Source: Camelus ferus (taxonomy: Eukaryota). From it: a stretch of DNA of 64,000 nucleotides. The position numbers and the translations under genes are program-made. The notes beneath the pieces were generated by a model that saw nothing but the letters and a program-made list of their open reading frames with translations, was not told the DNA's origin and ran no database searches. Position 1 is the stretch's first letter. The number at the start of each line of letters is the position of its first letter. The stretch is taken from positions 40,362,001 to 40,426,000 of the forward strand of contig NC_045707.1 in assembly GCF_009834535.1 (NCBI RefSeq). The letters are read 5' to 3'. This document shows, piece by piece, positions 25,458 through 37,160 of the stretch.

Positions 25458-28400
25458 ATTCCACCCCTTGTCAACTTGCCATCCACATGCATCTCCTTAA
25501 ACCATACTTTATCATCAAATGAACACAATAACAGGATCATAATTCTACCCTATATGATACAACTATCCTGAATATAACCTAAAATGCACTAACCCCCTCC
25601 CCCTGGAAGAGATAAAGTACTTGGGTGATGCTTACTCTTTCCCTTGATATCTCATAACTGAAATACTATGATGTAAAGTTAACAGTACTAAAATACTATG
25701 CTATAACGTCAAAACATCTTATGCGAATGATAAGAGGATAACAGAGGGAAGAAAACAAAGACACACACAATCATAACAAAATAAGGAGGAAATACTCAGA
25801 AAATTATAGTCTTTATTTTTATAACCGGTCATGAGGTTGTGACTGGTATTTATAATGATCTTCATCCATTACCCATTCCATAGTCCCTTTGCCTCTAGCA
25901 AGATTTCAGCTGGTTGTGGTTCTTTATCTGGTGGGGTGATCCAAACTCTTATTACTGAAGAGTCTGTGCCATTACTAATCCTACTTGGATTGGATAGTTG
26001 TAGTTTTCCAGAAACCTTAAACATACGGCGTGGTAACTACTAAAAAAATGCCCTAAGGGATCCCTTGTGTTCCAGACATACTCTTCCTCACCTTCATTGT
26101 GCAGTAGTAGTCCAATTTCCTTGTGGTAGTCCGGATCAACCACCAAGTCAACAGAGTAACTTCCTTCTTTGCCTGTTGATTCAGAGGCATCAGGAGCCCA
26201 AAGTGGCCAGGCAGCAGTCTTAACTTCCGGTTCAGTGAATCACTGCTGTGTTTCCTGGTGGAGATATTCCTCCCTTTGAAGCTAAGACCTCCAGGTCAGC
26301 AGAGCATAAGGACATAGGAACAGGAAGCAACAATTCTGCTAGTGAGTCACAGGGCAATAGTGATTAGTGTCATTCCCATTTCCACTCCTTAATTGTTCCA
26401 CCTGTGAATTCTGGCTCTCAGAAAGACAGTATGTATGTTGCATGCTGATCAAGGCATGTATAGCCTTCTAGAGAAGTTGGCCACGGCCCCGCAGGGTATG
26501 GCCACCTAGCTGACACCATAACCGAGGCTCTGAAAGGCCATGCCACCATTCTGTCAAGCCAGCTGCTTCAGGATGCTGGGGAACACGGTAAGACCAGTGA
26601 GCACGGGCCCACTGCTGCTCTTCTTTTGCTGTGAAGTATGTTCCTTGACTAGAAGTGCTGTTGTGTGTGATATCATGATGACGAATGAGGCGTTCTCAAG
26701 TCCACAGGTGGTAGTTTCAGCAGAAGCACTGCGTGAGGAGAAGGCACATTTGTATCCAGAGTACATGTCTATTCCAGTAAGGACAGAATGCTGCCCCTTC
26801 CATAATAGATGGGGTCCAATGTAATCAACCTGCAGCTGATCAGACAGCTGGCTGATGAGCCCAGGGAATGGTGCCATGCCAGGGACTGTGTCGGTCTCCT
26901 GCCAGCTGATGGGCACTCAGCAGCGGCTATGGCCAGATTGGCCTTGGTGAGTCCACATTGCTGAGCCCACGCATAACCTCCATTCTTGCCACCGTGGCCA
27001 CTTTTTTCATGAGCTTATTGCATCCTGACAAGGGTGGCTGGGGAAATAGGTTTATTGGTATCCACAGAATGGGTAATTCTATCCGCCTGATTATTAAAAT
27101 CCTTCTCTGCTGAGGTTACCTTCTGGTGAGCATTCACCCTCAGATACAAATTTCTTCATGTTTTTTGCCCATTTAAAGAGGTATATCTACATATCTCTTC
27201 CTAAAATTTCCTTATCACTAATTTTTGAATCATATTCCTTCCAAGTCCTTTACCATCCCACCCAAACCATTTTCCACAGCCCATAAATCAGTATATAATC
27301 GCCTATCTGGCCACTTATCCTTCCAAGCAAAGTGATCAACCAGGTGCCCTGCTCAGAGTTCTTCCCGCGGATAAGATTTCTCTTCACCACTGTCCTTCAG
27401 AGACATTTCAGAAAAGGACTGTAGTGCCACAGCTGTCCACTTTCAGGTGGTGACTGTACATCATGCAGAATCATCTGTAGGCCAGGCCTACGTCTTCTCT
27501 TCCTCTGCCAACTGATCAGAGGGAACTCCTCTGAGTCACAGGTGCAGGCTGGGAGAGAAAAGGTAGCACTGCGGGAGTGCAGACCATAGGCATTCGGGCC
27601 ACTTCTTCATGTAACTGACTTATGCCTGTGGAGCCTGCTTGGGCCTGATCACATATAACCACTTCCATTTGATGATGGAGTACTGCTGTGCATGCCCAAC
27701 TTTCGGATAACACCCAGTTCATGAGGAGCAGCTCAGCTCACATGGTGACTTGGTGGCCCGTAGTTAACTATTCTGCTAAGGTAGCAGGCCAAGACCTGTT
27801 TCTCAAAAGGAGAGTAGTTATGCACAGAGGATGGAAGGGCTCCCCGATGACTCACTTACAGGAACCTGCAAAGGGCTCCAAACAGCATCGCTCTCTGCTG
27901 CTGGCACCTGAAGCACCGTTGGACCTGCTGGTCATATGGTTGAAGTGCCAGCAGCTTTCACAGCAGCCTGGACCTGCGGCTGAGCCTTCTCTTACTGTGG
28001 GCGCCACTCAAAACTATCAACTTTTCAAGTTGCTCAGTAATGCGCTAGAGTCAAACAAAGAATATGTTGCCTCCAAGATCTAAAAAGGCCTATGAGGCAC
28101 TGTGCCTGGTTTTTGGTTGTGGGAAGGGCCAGACGTAGCAACTTATCTGTCAGCTTAGAAGGGATGTCTGTACATGCTTTGCACCACTGGATTCCTAGAT
28201 GTTTCACTGACATAGAAGACCCCTGAATTTTTAGTCAGATTTATTTGCCATCCTCTGACATTTACATGTCTTACCAATAAATATGGAGTAGTTGTTAATT
28301 TTTACCCATGAAGTCCAATCAGCATAGCTGCATCAGTGTAATAGGCCAGTATGATATCTTGTGGAAGGAAAAGGCAATCAAGATTCCTGCAAACTAAATT

Positions 28401-29360
28401 ATGACATGGGGCTGAGGAGTTGATAGACCCCTGAGGTAGGGCAGTGAAGGTGTACTTCTGGCCTTGCTAGCTGAAAGCAAAGTGATTCTGGTGTGCCAGT
28501 GGACAGGGATGGACAGAGGGCATCTGCCAGATCAATAGCCCATCCTAGGTAACAAGGGATGTGTTAATTTGCTCAAGCAATGACAACAGGTCTGGTTCAG
28601 CAGTTGTAATTGAAGTCACCACTTGGTTAAGCTTACAGTATTATTCGCTGTCATTCTCCAAGATCCACCTGTCTTCTGCACATGCCAAATAGACAAGTTG
28701 AAGAGGGATGTGGTGAGGACTCCTACCCCTGCATCTTTCAAGTCTTTGATGGTGGCGCTACTCTGTGAAATCACTCCAAGCATGTCGTATTGCTTTTGGT
28801 TTACTATCTTTCTAAGCACAGGCAGTATGAGTAGCTTTCACCTGACCTTTCCCATGACAATAGCCTCCCTCCACAGGTCAGGGAACCAGTGTGGGGATTG
28901 GGATTCTGCCAGTTGCTGACTATGTCTATTCCTATTATGCATTCCAGAACTAAGGACATAGCCACAGGATGGGTTCAGGGAAACAGGAGTTTTAGACCTG
29001 AGCTAAAATTCCATTAAGCACCCAACCTCATAAGCCCCTATTCTGACTGGTGGACTGCTGTAACATTTTGGGTCTCCTGAAATTAGTGTCAGTTCAGAGC
29101 CAATGTCCAGCAGTCCCCAAATGGTCTGATTATTTTCTTTTCCCTGATGCAGTTACCCTTGTAAAAAAAAATTGTGGGTTCCTCCGAGAAAGACTAGGAG
29201 AAAGATAAACAGCAAAAACATTTGGCAGTGTCCTGGGGTTCTTCCTCAATAGAATCCAGCCTCCCCTTCATTTGAGGGGTTCTGTAAACTGACTCAAGTC
29301 TTGGAATTGATTGAGGGGCTGCAACTTTCTGTTTTTATGAGCCAAGTTAGACTTTGGTTC
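25458..29360 (-). mobile_element. ERV-L internal region (ERVL-B4/HERV-L-like), truncated in late gag; no 5' LTR seen
   Basis: Continuous similarity to class III ERV pol; see the pol pseudogene feature. Confidence 0.9.
25900..29130 (-). pseudogene. pol: Decayed ERV-L pro-pol-dUTPase
   Basis: Protease GLLDIGSELTLISGDPK (about 29096-29117); RT RKIVNQKQY..SATIKDLKDAGV..WHVQKTGGSWRMT; catalytic motif decayed to YTDA (28329-28340); integrase QVDYIGP..WKGQHSVLTGIDMYSGY; dUTPase VVDPDYHKEIGLLLHNEGEEEYVWNTRDPLG. There are many stops and frameshifts. Confidence 0.9.
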
Positions 29361-30279
29361 ACTTAACAATGACACTGCTTTATTCTCGGTGAAACTGAAG
29401 AGTTTCCTTTCCATATTACGAATCTTGGTATCTTTCTCCCTATTGTGTTTGTTTTCAGTGTCTGTGAGCCTATCAGCTTTCTGGGTATCACAGGGCTACT
29501 TATTCTGTGCCTACTATTGCCAGGCACTGTTCTGAGTCTTTCCCCTGTATGTTACTTATTTCTCATTCATCTTTATATAGTAAGTAGTGTTGTTATATCC
29601 ATTTTTCAGATGAAGCAATTATCTTACATAAAAGCAAAGGAAGTTGCCCAAGGTTGTATGTGCAGTAAATAGTATAATTGTCATGTAAAACCAAGGGGTC
29701 TAGTTCCAAAGCCCATGCTTTTACCCCACTTTCCTAGGCTGAACAGGAAAGAGGATAGAGAGAACTCAGGAATCTGTAGTTTCAAGGATATTTTCTCTTT
29801 TGTTCTGGATAGTGTCAGAAAAGCCATCTACTATAAGGCAAGTTCGCTGTTTAAAATTCTGTTAGATTTCTTATCTGCATCAGCCCCCATCATGTCCAAA
29901 GGAGGAAGGTTCCTCTTTCTATCCAAGATGAATCGCTCTCTCTTTAACTAAATCCCATCATTTTATTCCATCAAAAAGAATTTTTAAAAATCTTCTTGCC
30001 TGTGTCTTCATTTTTGTCTCTCCTAATCATTTTCCCTTCCCACAGGTATGTTCTCTGTTTAAGGGGAAAAATAACAACAAAAAGCACACAAAAACTTTTT
30101 TCAAACCTGTGTTTTCCTCCAAGTCCCATTCTACTTTCTGCTCCCAACTTTGCCAGTTGAATGTCTAGAAAAAAAGGGTCTAAACCTGCCGTCTTCATTT
30201 TATAACCTTCCATTTCCTCTATAACCCACTGCAAATTGTCCTGTGTCCCTACTTTGCCATCAAAATAACCCTGCTCCTG

Positions 30280-31870
30280 TCACCTACAATTTCTTAGTTC
30301 CTAACCCAATGTCCTTTTTCTTCACTTGGCACCACTGAGGGCTTCCTCAGTCTTGAAACCCTCCCCTCTCCTGGTTTCTAGCCTCCTCTTTCCTGGTTCT
30401 TCTCTTCTTTAAGCATTTAAGATGCTTAAATCTTGGTGCTTCCTGGGGTTCTGTTCAGAAACCTCTTCTCTTTCCATTCTTCAAGGTAAACTATTTAATG
30501 TCACCACCATGCTGCTCTCTTTCCAGAGCTCTCCTCAACTCTGGACTTGGGCATTGGAGTGCTCCTTGAACATCCCCAATTAGATGTTCTACAGACACAT
30601 AAATTAACTTCCTCATCTTCTCGCCAGTAAACCACTTCCTTCCCATTGATCCAAGTGCTCAAATCAATAATCTAGGAGAAACTCTTAGGCCTTCCTTCTT
30701 TTTTGCACCCAAGTTATATGAATTTTACCTCTTAAAAGTATATCAAAGCCACCCTTTCACCATTCCATTGCACTGCTTTGCCTTAGGCACCCCTCCTTTC
30801 TTACTTACTAAGCCAGCACAATGACCTCTGTGTCTTCCTGCCTTAGTCTTACTATCTCAAATCTGTCCTTCAGAATGACCTCTCTAAAGCATATTTTGAC
30901 CCACACACAATGGAATACTACNNNNNNNNNNNNNNNNNNNNNNNNNNNNNNNNNNNNNNNNNNNNNNNNNNNNNNNNNNNNNNNNNNNNNNNNNNNNNNN
31001 NNNNNNNNNNNNNNNNNNNNNNNNNNNNNNNNNNNNNNNNNNNNNNNNNNNNNNNNNNNNNNNNNNNNNNNNGTTATTTACAAAACAGAAACAGACTCAC
31101 AGACATAGAAAACAAACTTATGTTTACCACAGGGGAAAGATGGGGGAAATGATAAACTGGAAATTTGGGATTTGCAGATACTAACTACTATATATAAAAT
31201 AGATAACAAGTTTCTACTGTATAGCACAGGGAACTGTATTCAATACCTTGTAATAGCCTATAATGAAAAAGAATATGCAAAGGAATATATATATGTATTA
31301 CTGAATTACTATGCTGTACACCAGAAATTAACACAACTCTGTAAAAATAAAAATAGTGAAAAAAATTAAAAGTCATTAGTTCCGTTTCTTCAAAAAAGGT
31401 ATATTTCTATGCACACAAAAAATATATTCTGTCACTTTCCTACTTATATCTCTTTAGTGGCTCACTAATGTCTGAAAGATAAAGTCCAGACTCTTAGCAG
31501 GTCATAAAAAGTTATTCATGATTTGATTTCTAACATTTGCTCAATTATTCCCTGCACACACCAGCCATCTCCAACAATCTACAATTCCAGGGGCATACCA
31601 TGTTATCTGTGTCTTCTTTACACACTCTAGTTTCACTGGCTAGAATTCCGTCATTTATCCATTTGAAAACTCTTGAGCATTCCTCAAGTCTCAGCTCAAG
31701 AGTTACCTCCTTAATGAAGTCTTTTGTGACTCCCTCAAGCTGACTAAGGTCTTCCTTTTTCCATGCTTCCCTTTTTTCTCATAGTTATTTGTACATCTAT
31801 AACCCTATGAGGGCTGTACAAGGTTGTAATTTATTGATTCAACAAAAATTCCGTGAGCTAGTCACTGTTC
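30280..31870 (+). mobile_element. L2 fragment split by a younger L1 insertion (L2 about 30280-30900 and about 31420-31870)
   Basis: Sense L2 motifs (CATCCCCAATTAGATGTTCTACAGACAC; GATAAAGTCCAGACTCTTAGC; CTCAGCTCAAGAGTTACCTCC) lie on both sides of the L1. Confidence 0.7.
30901..31371 (+). mobile_element. 5'-truncated cetartiodactyl/camelid L1 3' end containing a 151-nt N-run (30922-31072)
   Basis: CAATGGAATACTAC..[N]..TTATTTACAAAACAGAAACAGACTCACAGACATAGAAAACAAACTTATG...CTGTATAGCACAGGGAACT...GCTGTACACCAGAAATTAACACAAC. Confidence 0.9.
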
Positions 31871-33624
31871 AAGGCACTGGGGACACAGCAGTGAACCAAC
31901 TATAGAAACTTTCTCCTTGGAGTGCTTACATTCTAGTCGGCTGGGTAGATTAGATTTCAGTAAATGTTTACTGAATAAATGGTCAAACATTTCCACAATT
32001 TCATTTTTAAGCCAGCCATCAGGAGATATTCTTGGATCCCAGGAATTCATCTTAGCACTTCAGTCTCTCTCAATCACAAGGACAGAAACCTCACAGAATC
32101 CTCAAGAATATTTTTCACTTGGAAGTTTCGTGGTCTAGTCAGGAATCCATATATTTAATGATGTCACTTAACATGATAAGGAGCGGTGACCTTGCCGAAG
32201 AAACTAACCAAGTTGTGAACGTACTAATAAGCACTCAAAGCCACTTTGCCTGCATTTCTCCAGAAAAAGTGAGACGGGGGTGAGACAGGGAGGATGATCC
32301 AGTTGATAAAAATGGCCAATAGCAAAGAATTAATAAATCAATAATACGTGGTAAGCACGAATAAGTGATACAGAGAGGGTCTGTTTGCTTGCAATATGAC
32401 CGATTACAAGACTCAAACCTTGGCCCAAATGAACACGGTAAATCAAGTAGCCAAAGACATCAAAAAATAATCAAGTAGCTACGGTGTGTCTACTGTGAGG
32501 TGGCCCCACTGCAGGTCTGATGCTCTAAGGACAAGCAGAGATGTTCCTGCACCGCATCCACCCGACAGAAAGCTGTGGGCTTCGATCAGCAAAAATAAAG
32601 ATCCCAACACAAAGCAATTGAAAACCTACTCTCTACCTGGAGTATGACACCTTTACTCCCCCTTGTCTTTGGAATCTGAGGCAGGTATTATTATACTCAT
32701 TTTACACATGAGGACCCAGAAGCTCACAGAGATTAGGTGACTATTTTAGGGTCACACCTCTAGCAAGTGGCAGAACTTGGATTTAAACCCAGGTCAGCCT
32801 GATTCTTAACTCAATCTATGTGCACAGTCTAGATAACTTGAAGGGTTGGGCATTTCCAGACTTGAGAGCATGGGGGTCTGTCTTCTCTGAGCAGGCATTT
32901 AAGCTGTCTTACTCAAAAAGGATCAGGTAACTGAATTTCTGGAGATTAATCCCTGGCCAGTCCCTTGTTTATTTAATCCATCTAATGTGCATTCAATTGT
33001 GTTATAAAAGATTTGAACATGCAAAGGCCTTTGAAAACAATAACAACATGAAAAAAGTTCTCCAGCCCACACTTAGTGCTTGGCAGCCTGAGTCTGGCCT
33101 GAGGCAGGATGTGAGAAAAAATATAATTAGCATCCACTCAGGCATAGAGTCTCAGGCCACAATTTCTTACCCTGGTATTAATCAATGCACACTTGGCCTG
33201 AGCCAATGTACACAACCCCAGAGCTCATAGCTTCTCCCACTTCTCCATCCACCCCCTGGCCCAGACACACAGTAGAGTTAAAAAGAGCTTTCAGGTAGAG
33301 CCCTGGTCCCATTAGCTCACTCCATGGCAAAGGCAGGGAAAAGTGTTTGGGATGGCAGGTTTTCCAACCCCTGGGGAATCCAAATCCAGACAGATACCCA
33401 GAAAGCGGCCAAGCATTCTTTGGTGGGGAGGGTTCCAGCAGGCAGCTTCTTAGATTGGTAATTGTTCATGCACCACAGGGGGCTCCTCTGGCTGAGCTGG
33501 GACTCCCCAGCTACAGCTGTACCGAGATCCCCTCCAGTCCAGACAGATGGAGCAGACAGTCCCTCCCTCCCTCTACATGCTCCAGGAACACCGCCGGTAC
33601 CCACAGACAGAGCCCAGGCACAGG

Positions 33625-33810
33625 CGGAGGGCTTTAACTTTTTTGTCCCCTTTGGTCATATGTTTTTAAATGCTTAAAATAAAGTGCATGAGATTACAAA
33701 GAGAGCCAGTTACATAAAATAATTATTAAATGTTGGAAAAATCAGATTTGTCATGTGGTGATATCTGTGCTCAGTATATTTGTTTAATAGTGAATTAAAT
33801 AACAAGAGCT
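33625..33810 (+). mobile_element. hAT-Charlie-type DNA transposon fragment (subfamily unassigned)
   Basis: CTTTAACTTTTTTGTCCCCTTTGG..ATGTTTTTAAATGCTTAAAATAAA..GATTACAAAG..TTAAATAACAAGA. Confidence 0.5.
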
Positions 33811-34032
33811 CACTCCCCCCTTTTTATTTAAACCAGGATTAAGTTTCAAGATCAAGAAAATTAATTTCAATAAACAGAACTACACCCAGCATTGTTTCTT
33901 GTGGTGGTAAACTTTTAAGCATCTCACTCCCTGAATGATGAGTTTTGTTCTTTCATACTCATTCATTCATTTCTTCAATTCATTCTACTAAAAAAAAATG
34001 TGTACTGAGCAAGGAATTGTGATCACTTCTGA

Positions 34033-34215
34033 CCAAGGATCAGAAAATGATTCCTGTTGGATAAAGCTGGCCACGTCTACTCGTTTACATTTGGTCTGTA
34101 ACTGCTTCCACGCTACATCAGCAGTGTTGAATAATCCTGTTTGAGACTGCATGACTTTCAAGGTAAAAAGTATTTACTGTCTAGCCCTGTACAGAAAAAG
34201 TCTGCTGACTCCTGA
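34033..34215 (+). mobile_element. MER58A hAT MITE, nested in an antisense L2
   Basis: AAAAGTATTTACTGTCTAGCCCTGTACAGAAAAAGTCTGCTGACTCCTG is the MER58 end. Confidence 0.75.
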
Positions 34216-34639
34216 ACTAGACCTAGCTGTTACCCTTAAGGACTTTTCATAGACCACAGGAGAAAAAAGATTGAAAACAAATTTCAATACAATGTTATAA
34301 GTACACCAACAAAAACATGTCTAAGGTGTAGAAATTACTAAGAGAGGAATGAAGAATGAGGAGCATGCAAAGCTTCCTAAAAGAGGTAACATTTGAGTTG
34401 GTTTTGAAATAGAGGTTTGCCATGGGGACCAACTTTCTGGGCAGAGGGTATCACATGAGCAAAGGCATGATGGCATAAACAGCATTGTGCTCTAGAAATG
34501 ATAAACACCTCACTACCGCTGACATATAGAGCCTTAGAAGGGAGGGGCAGGAGATGACTGAAGAACAAGGCAGGAATCAGACCATAAAACACTTTATGTG
34601 CCACCTTAAGGAACTCAGCTACTCTTCCACTGGTATTGG

Positions 34640-34840
34640 CAGTGCTGTCCAACAGAACTTTCTGCGATGATGGAAATGTTCTACGTCTGCTCTGCTAATA
34701 GGATACCCACCTGCCACACATTGTGTCTGAGCACCTGAAATGTGGCTATTGCAACTGAGGCACTGAATTTTTAGTTTTCTATCATTTTAACTAATTTAAT
34801 TTAAGTAGCCACATGTGGTTAGTGGCTTCCATACTTCACA
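34640..34840 (+). mobile_element. MER3 hAT MITE
   Basis: CAGTGCTGTCCAACAGAACTTTCTGCGATGATGGAAATGTTCTA...AAGTAGCCACATGTGGTTAGTGGC. Confidence 0.9.
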
Positions 34841-36059
34841 ATTCTAAGTGATGGAAACTGAATTGATTTTCACACACAGAGAGGTAGAGTGAAAGCAGTC
34901 ATGCATGGGTCATATGTAAATGAACAGGCATGGTTAGCCTTAGCCCAGGGGCATCATTTTCTGACTCCTGATCAGAAATGATCAGACCTTGCTCAGCACA
35001 TGTTTTTGAGTAGGAAAAGTGAGAATACACAAATGAGTGAGTATGGAAGGACAAAACTATACAACATTAGGAGGGCAAAATACCTCAAACTTCACCACCA
35101 TGAGAAACAATGCTGGGTGCAATTATGTCTACTGAAATTAATTTTCATGATCTTGAAACTTAATTTTGGCTTAAATAAAAAAGAAGCGAGGACATGTGGA
35201 ATGCTCATGTTTGGGAGATGAGGGAGATGTGCATGACATGTAATGATAGGAGTGGGGCAAGAAGACTGATATGCACAAGGTATCTCCCACATGCCAGGCA
35301 ATAGTCACTGCATTTTCCACACATTATTTTATTTAATCCTCTCCGAAATTTATAAGGTAGGCATTACTGTTCTTACTTTACAGGTGAAGTGATGAGTCTG
35401 AGCTATGTGAAGTGGTTTGCACAAGAACACTTGTCCAGAGAACCACACTCTCATCTAGAACCGCTTAACTCCAACCCTGGGGCTTTTTTTTTTTTTTTTT
35501 TCAATGTTGAGAAGTGGAGATGTGGGAGTTTCACACTGTAAAAAGATTTGTTTTTTAAATACCGACAAGAATGACCAGAATTACAACAAGGCATGAAATT
35601 GGCCAGCATCCCTACTTCTACATATGATTCAGTCAGTTGGAGATTTTGAGAATTCTGAGTTTGAGTCTGAACCACTTCTGAAGCTGGACTATCTGCTCAC
35701 CTGAAGAGTTCATGGCAGCATCACTGGGATGTGTGGCAGGACTCCAGAATGACTGATGGCAACAGGAGAGCATCTATTTAGATGAGTAGGTTCTGCTTTC
35801 ATTACTTACAACTTTACTGTTACCCCTTAAATCAGAGATTTAAAATTCAGCTTGCCAAATGATCCTTCAGACAAAATGATATCTTTAGGAAACATACATA
35901 CCCAACTACTGGCATTGCCACCTTCTCATTCTGCATAAACTAAACCAATAAGTTAATAAAAAGACTTACTTCACTAAATCTGCAACTATCTACAAAGTAT
36001 GTGGATTAAAATCAGCTATAGGATTATGTTTGTAGAATACTGAGCACACTGCCACTTCA

Positions 36060-37160
36060 TTTATTCACACATTTATTACTTTAAGATGTTTTTAGAGCAC
36101 TTACCATAAATCAGGTTCACTACTAAGTGTTGAGGAGACCCAGATGGACAAGACACTTCTTTATTTTGTAATAACTTGTCAATTACATGGAGACACACGA
36201 GTAAACATATTGCTAACTGTGGCTCCCAAGAGAGGCATGTGCAAAATGCTAGGGGGACACTGGGAAGAGACTGGTTATATCTGCTGGTGAGGAGGGAGAG
36301 GCAGTGTCAGGAAAAGTTTTACTGGGGGAGTAAACTTTAAATTGGGCCTTGAAGGGTGGGAATGATTTCAGCAATTATCTCTTACCTGGAAATCTTTGCC
36401 TGCCTTTTCAATGGCCTCTTTGACCTGCCCTTGCCGCCCCGTCCCATCAACAGAGCAACCATGTGACCTTTATGAAACAATTCAGACTGCATCTTCTTTG
36501 CTCAAGTTCTACAGTGGCTTCTAAATGAAATGAGAGTGAAATCCACTTTCCTTAAGAAGTCTTATGATATAGCTTTGGCTGCTTCTCTCCTCATTTCCCT
36601 CCAGTCTCTCCCTATACCACTGCCCATGACTGCATTTCAGCTTTTCTGGTTTTCTTTCTGCTTATGGATGAGTTCTTTCTGGATATCAGGTTTATATCAA
36701 AGTAAATCTTCAGGCCTTCAAAATATTTATTGTTGCAAAAAAAGATCTAAAATCATAAAATAAAAAATCAAAGAATGCCTTCCTGCTTCCAGTCTCAGGG
36801 CCTTTGCATTTGCTGTTCCTGCTACTTGACCTACTCTGCCCTAGGTCTCCATAAAGCTGTGTTTTTCTCTTCATTAAAATCTCAATTACTGAGAGGTCTT
36901 TCCTAATCATTTAAAAAAACACACTCGCCCCACCCCATCCTGCCCCTTGCCTCTCAGGCATTCACACAAAATTCTCTTTACTTCATTACCCACTTTTCTT
37001 CATTGCCTTACTTAGTATCAGAATCACTGTATTTATTTGCTTTCTATACTCATTCATCTTCCTAAGTAGAATGTAAGCTCCCTTAGATTAGGAAATATAA
37101 TTATTTTTCTTTGTTTCTTTTTTTTTTCTCCAGGGCCTAGAATAGTGTTTAGTAAATAAT
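36060..37160. mobile_element. Back-to-back L2 fragments (minus about 36060-36370, plus about 36375-37160)
   Basis: L2 3'-end signatures in opposite orientations at each outer edge. Confidence 0.6.
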
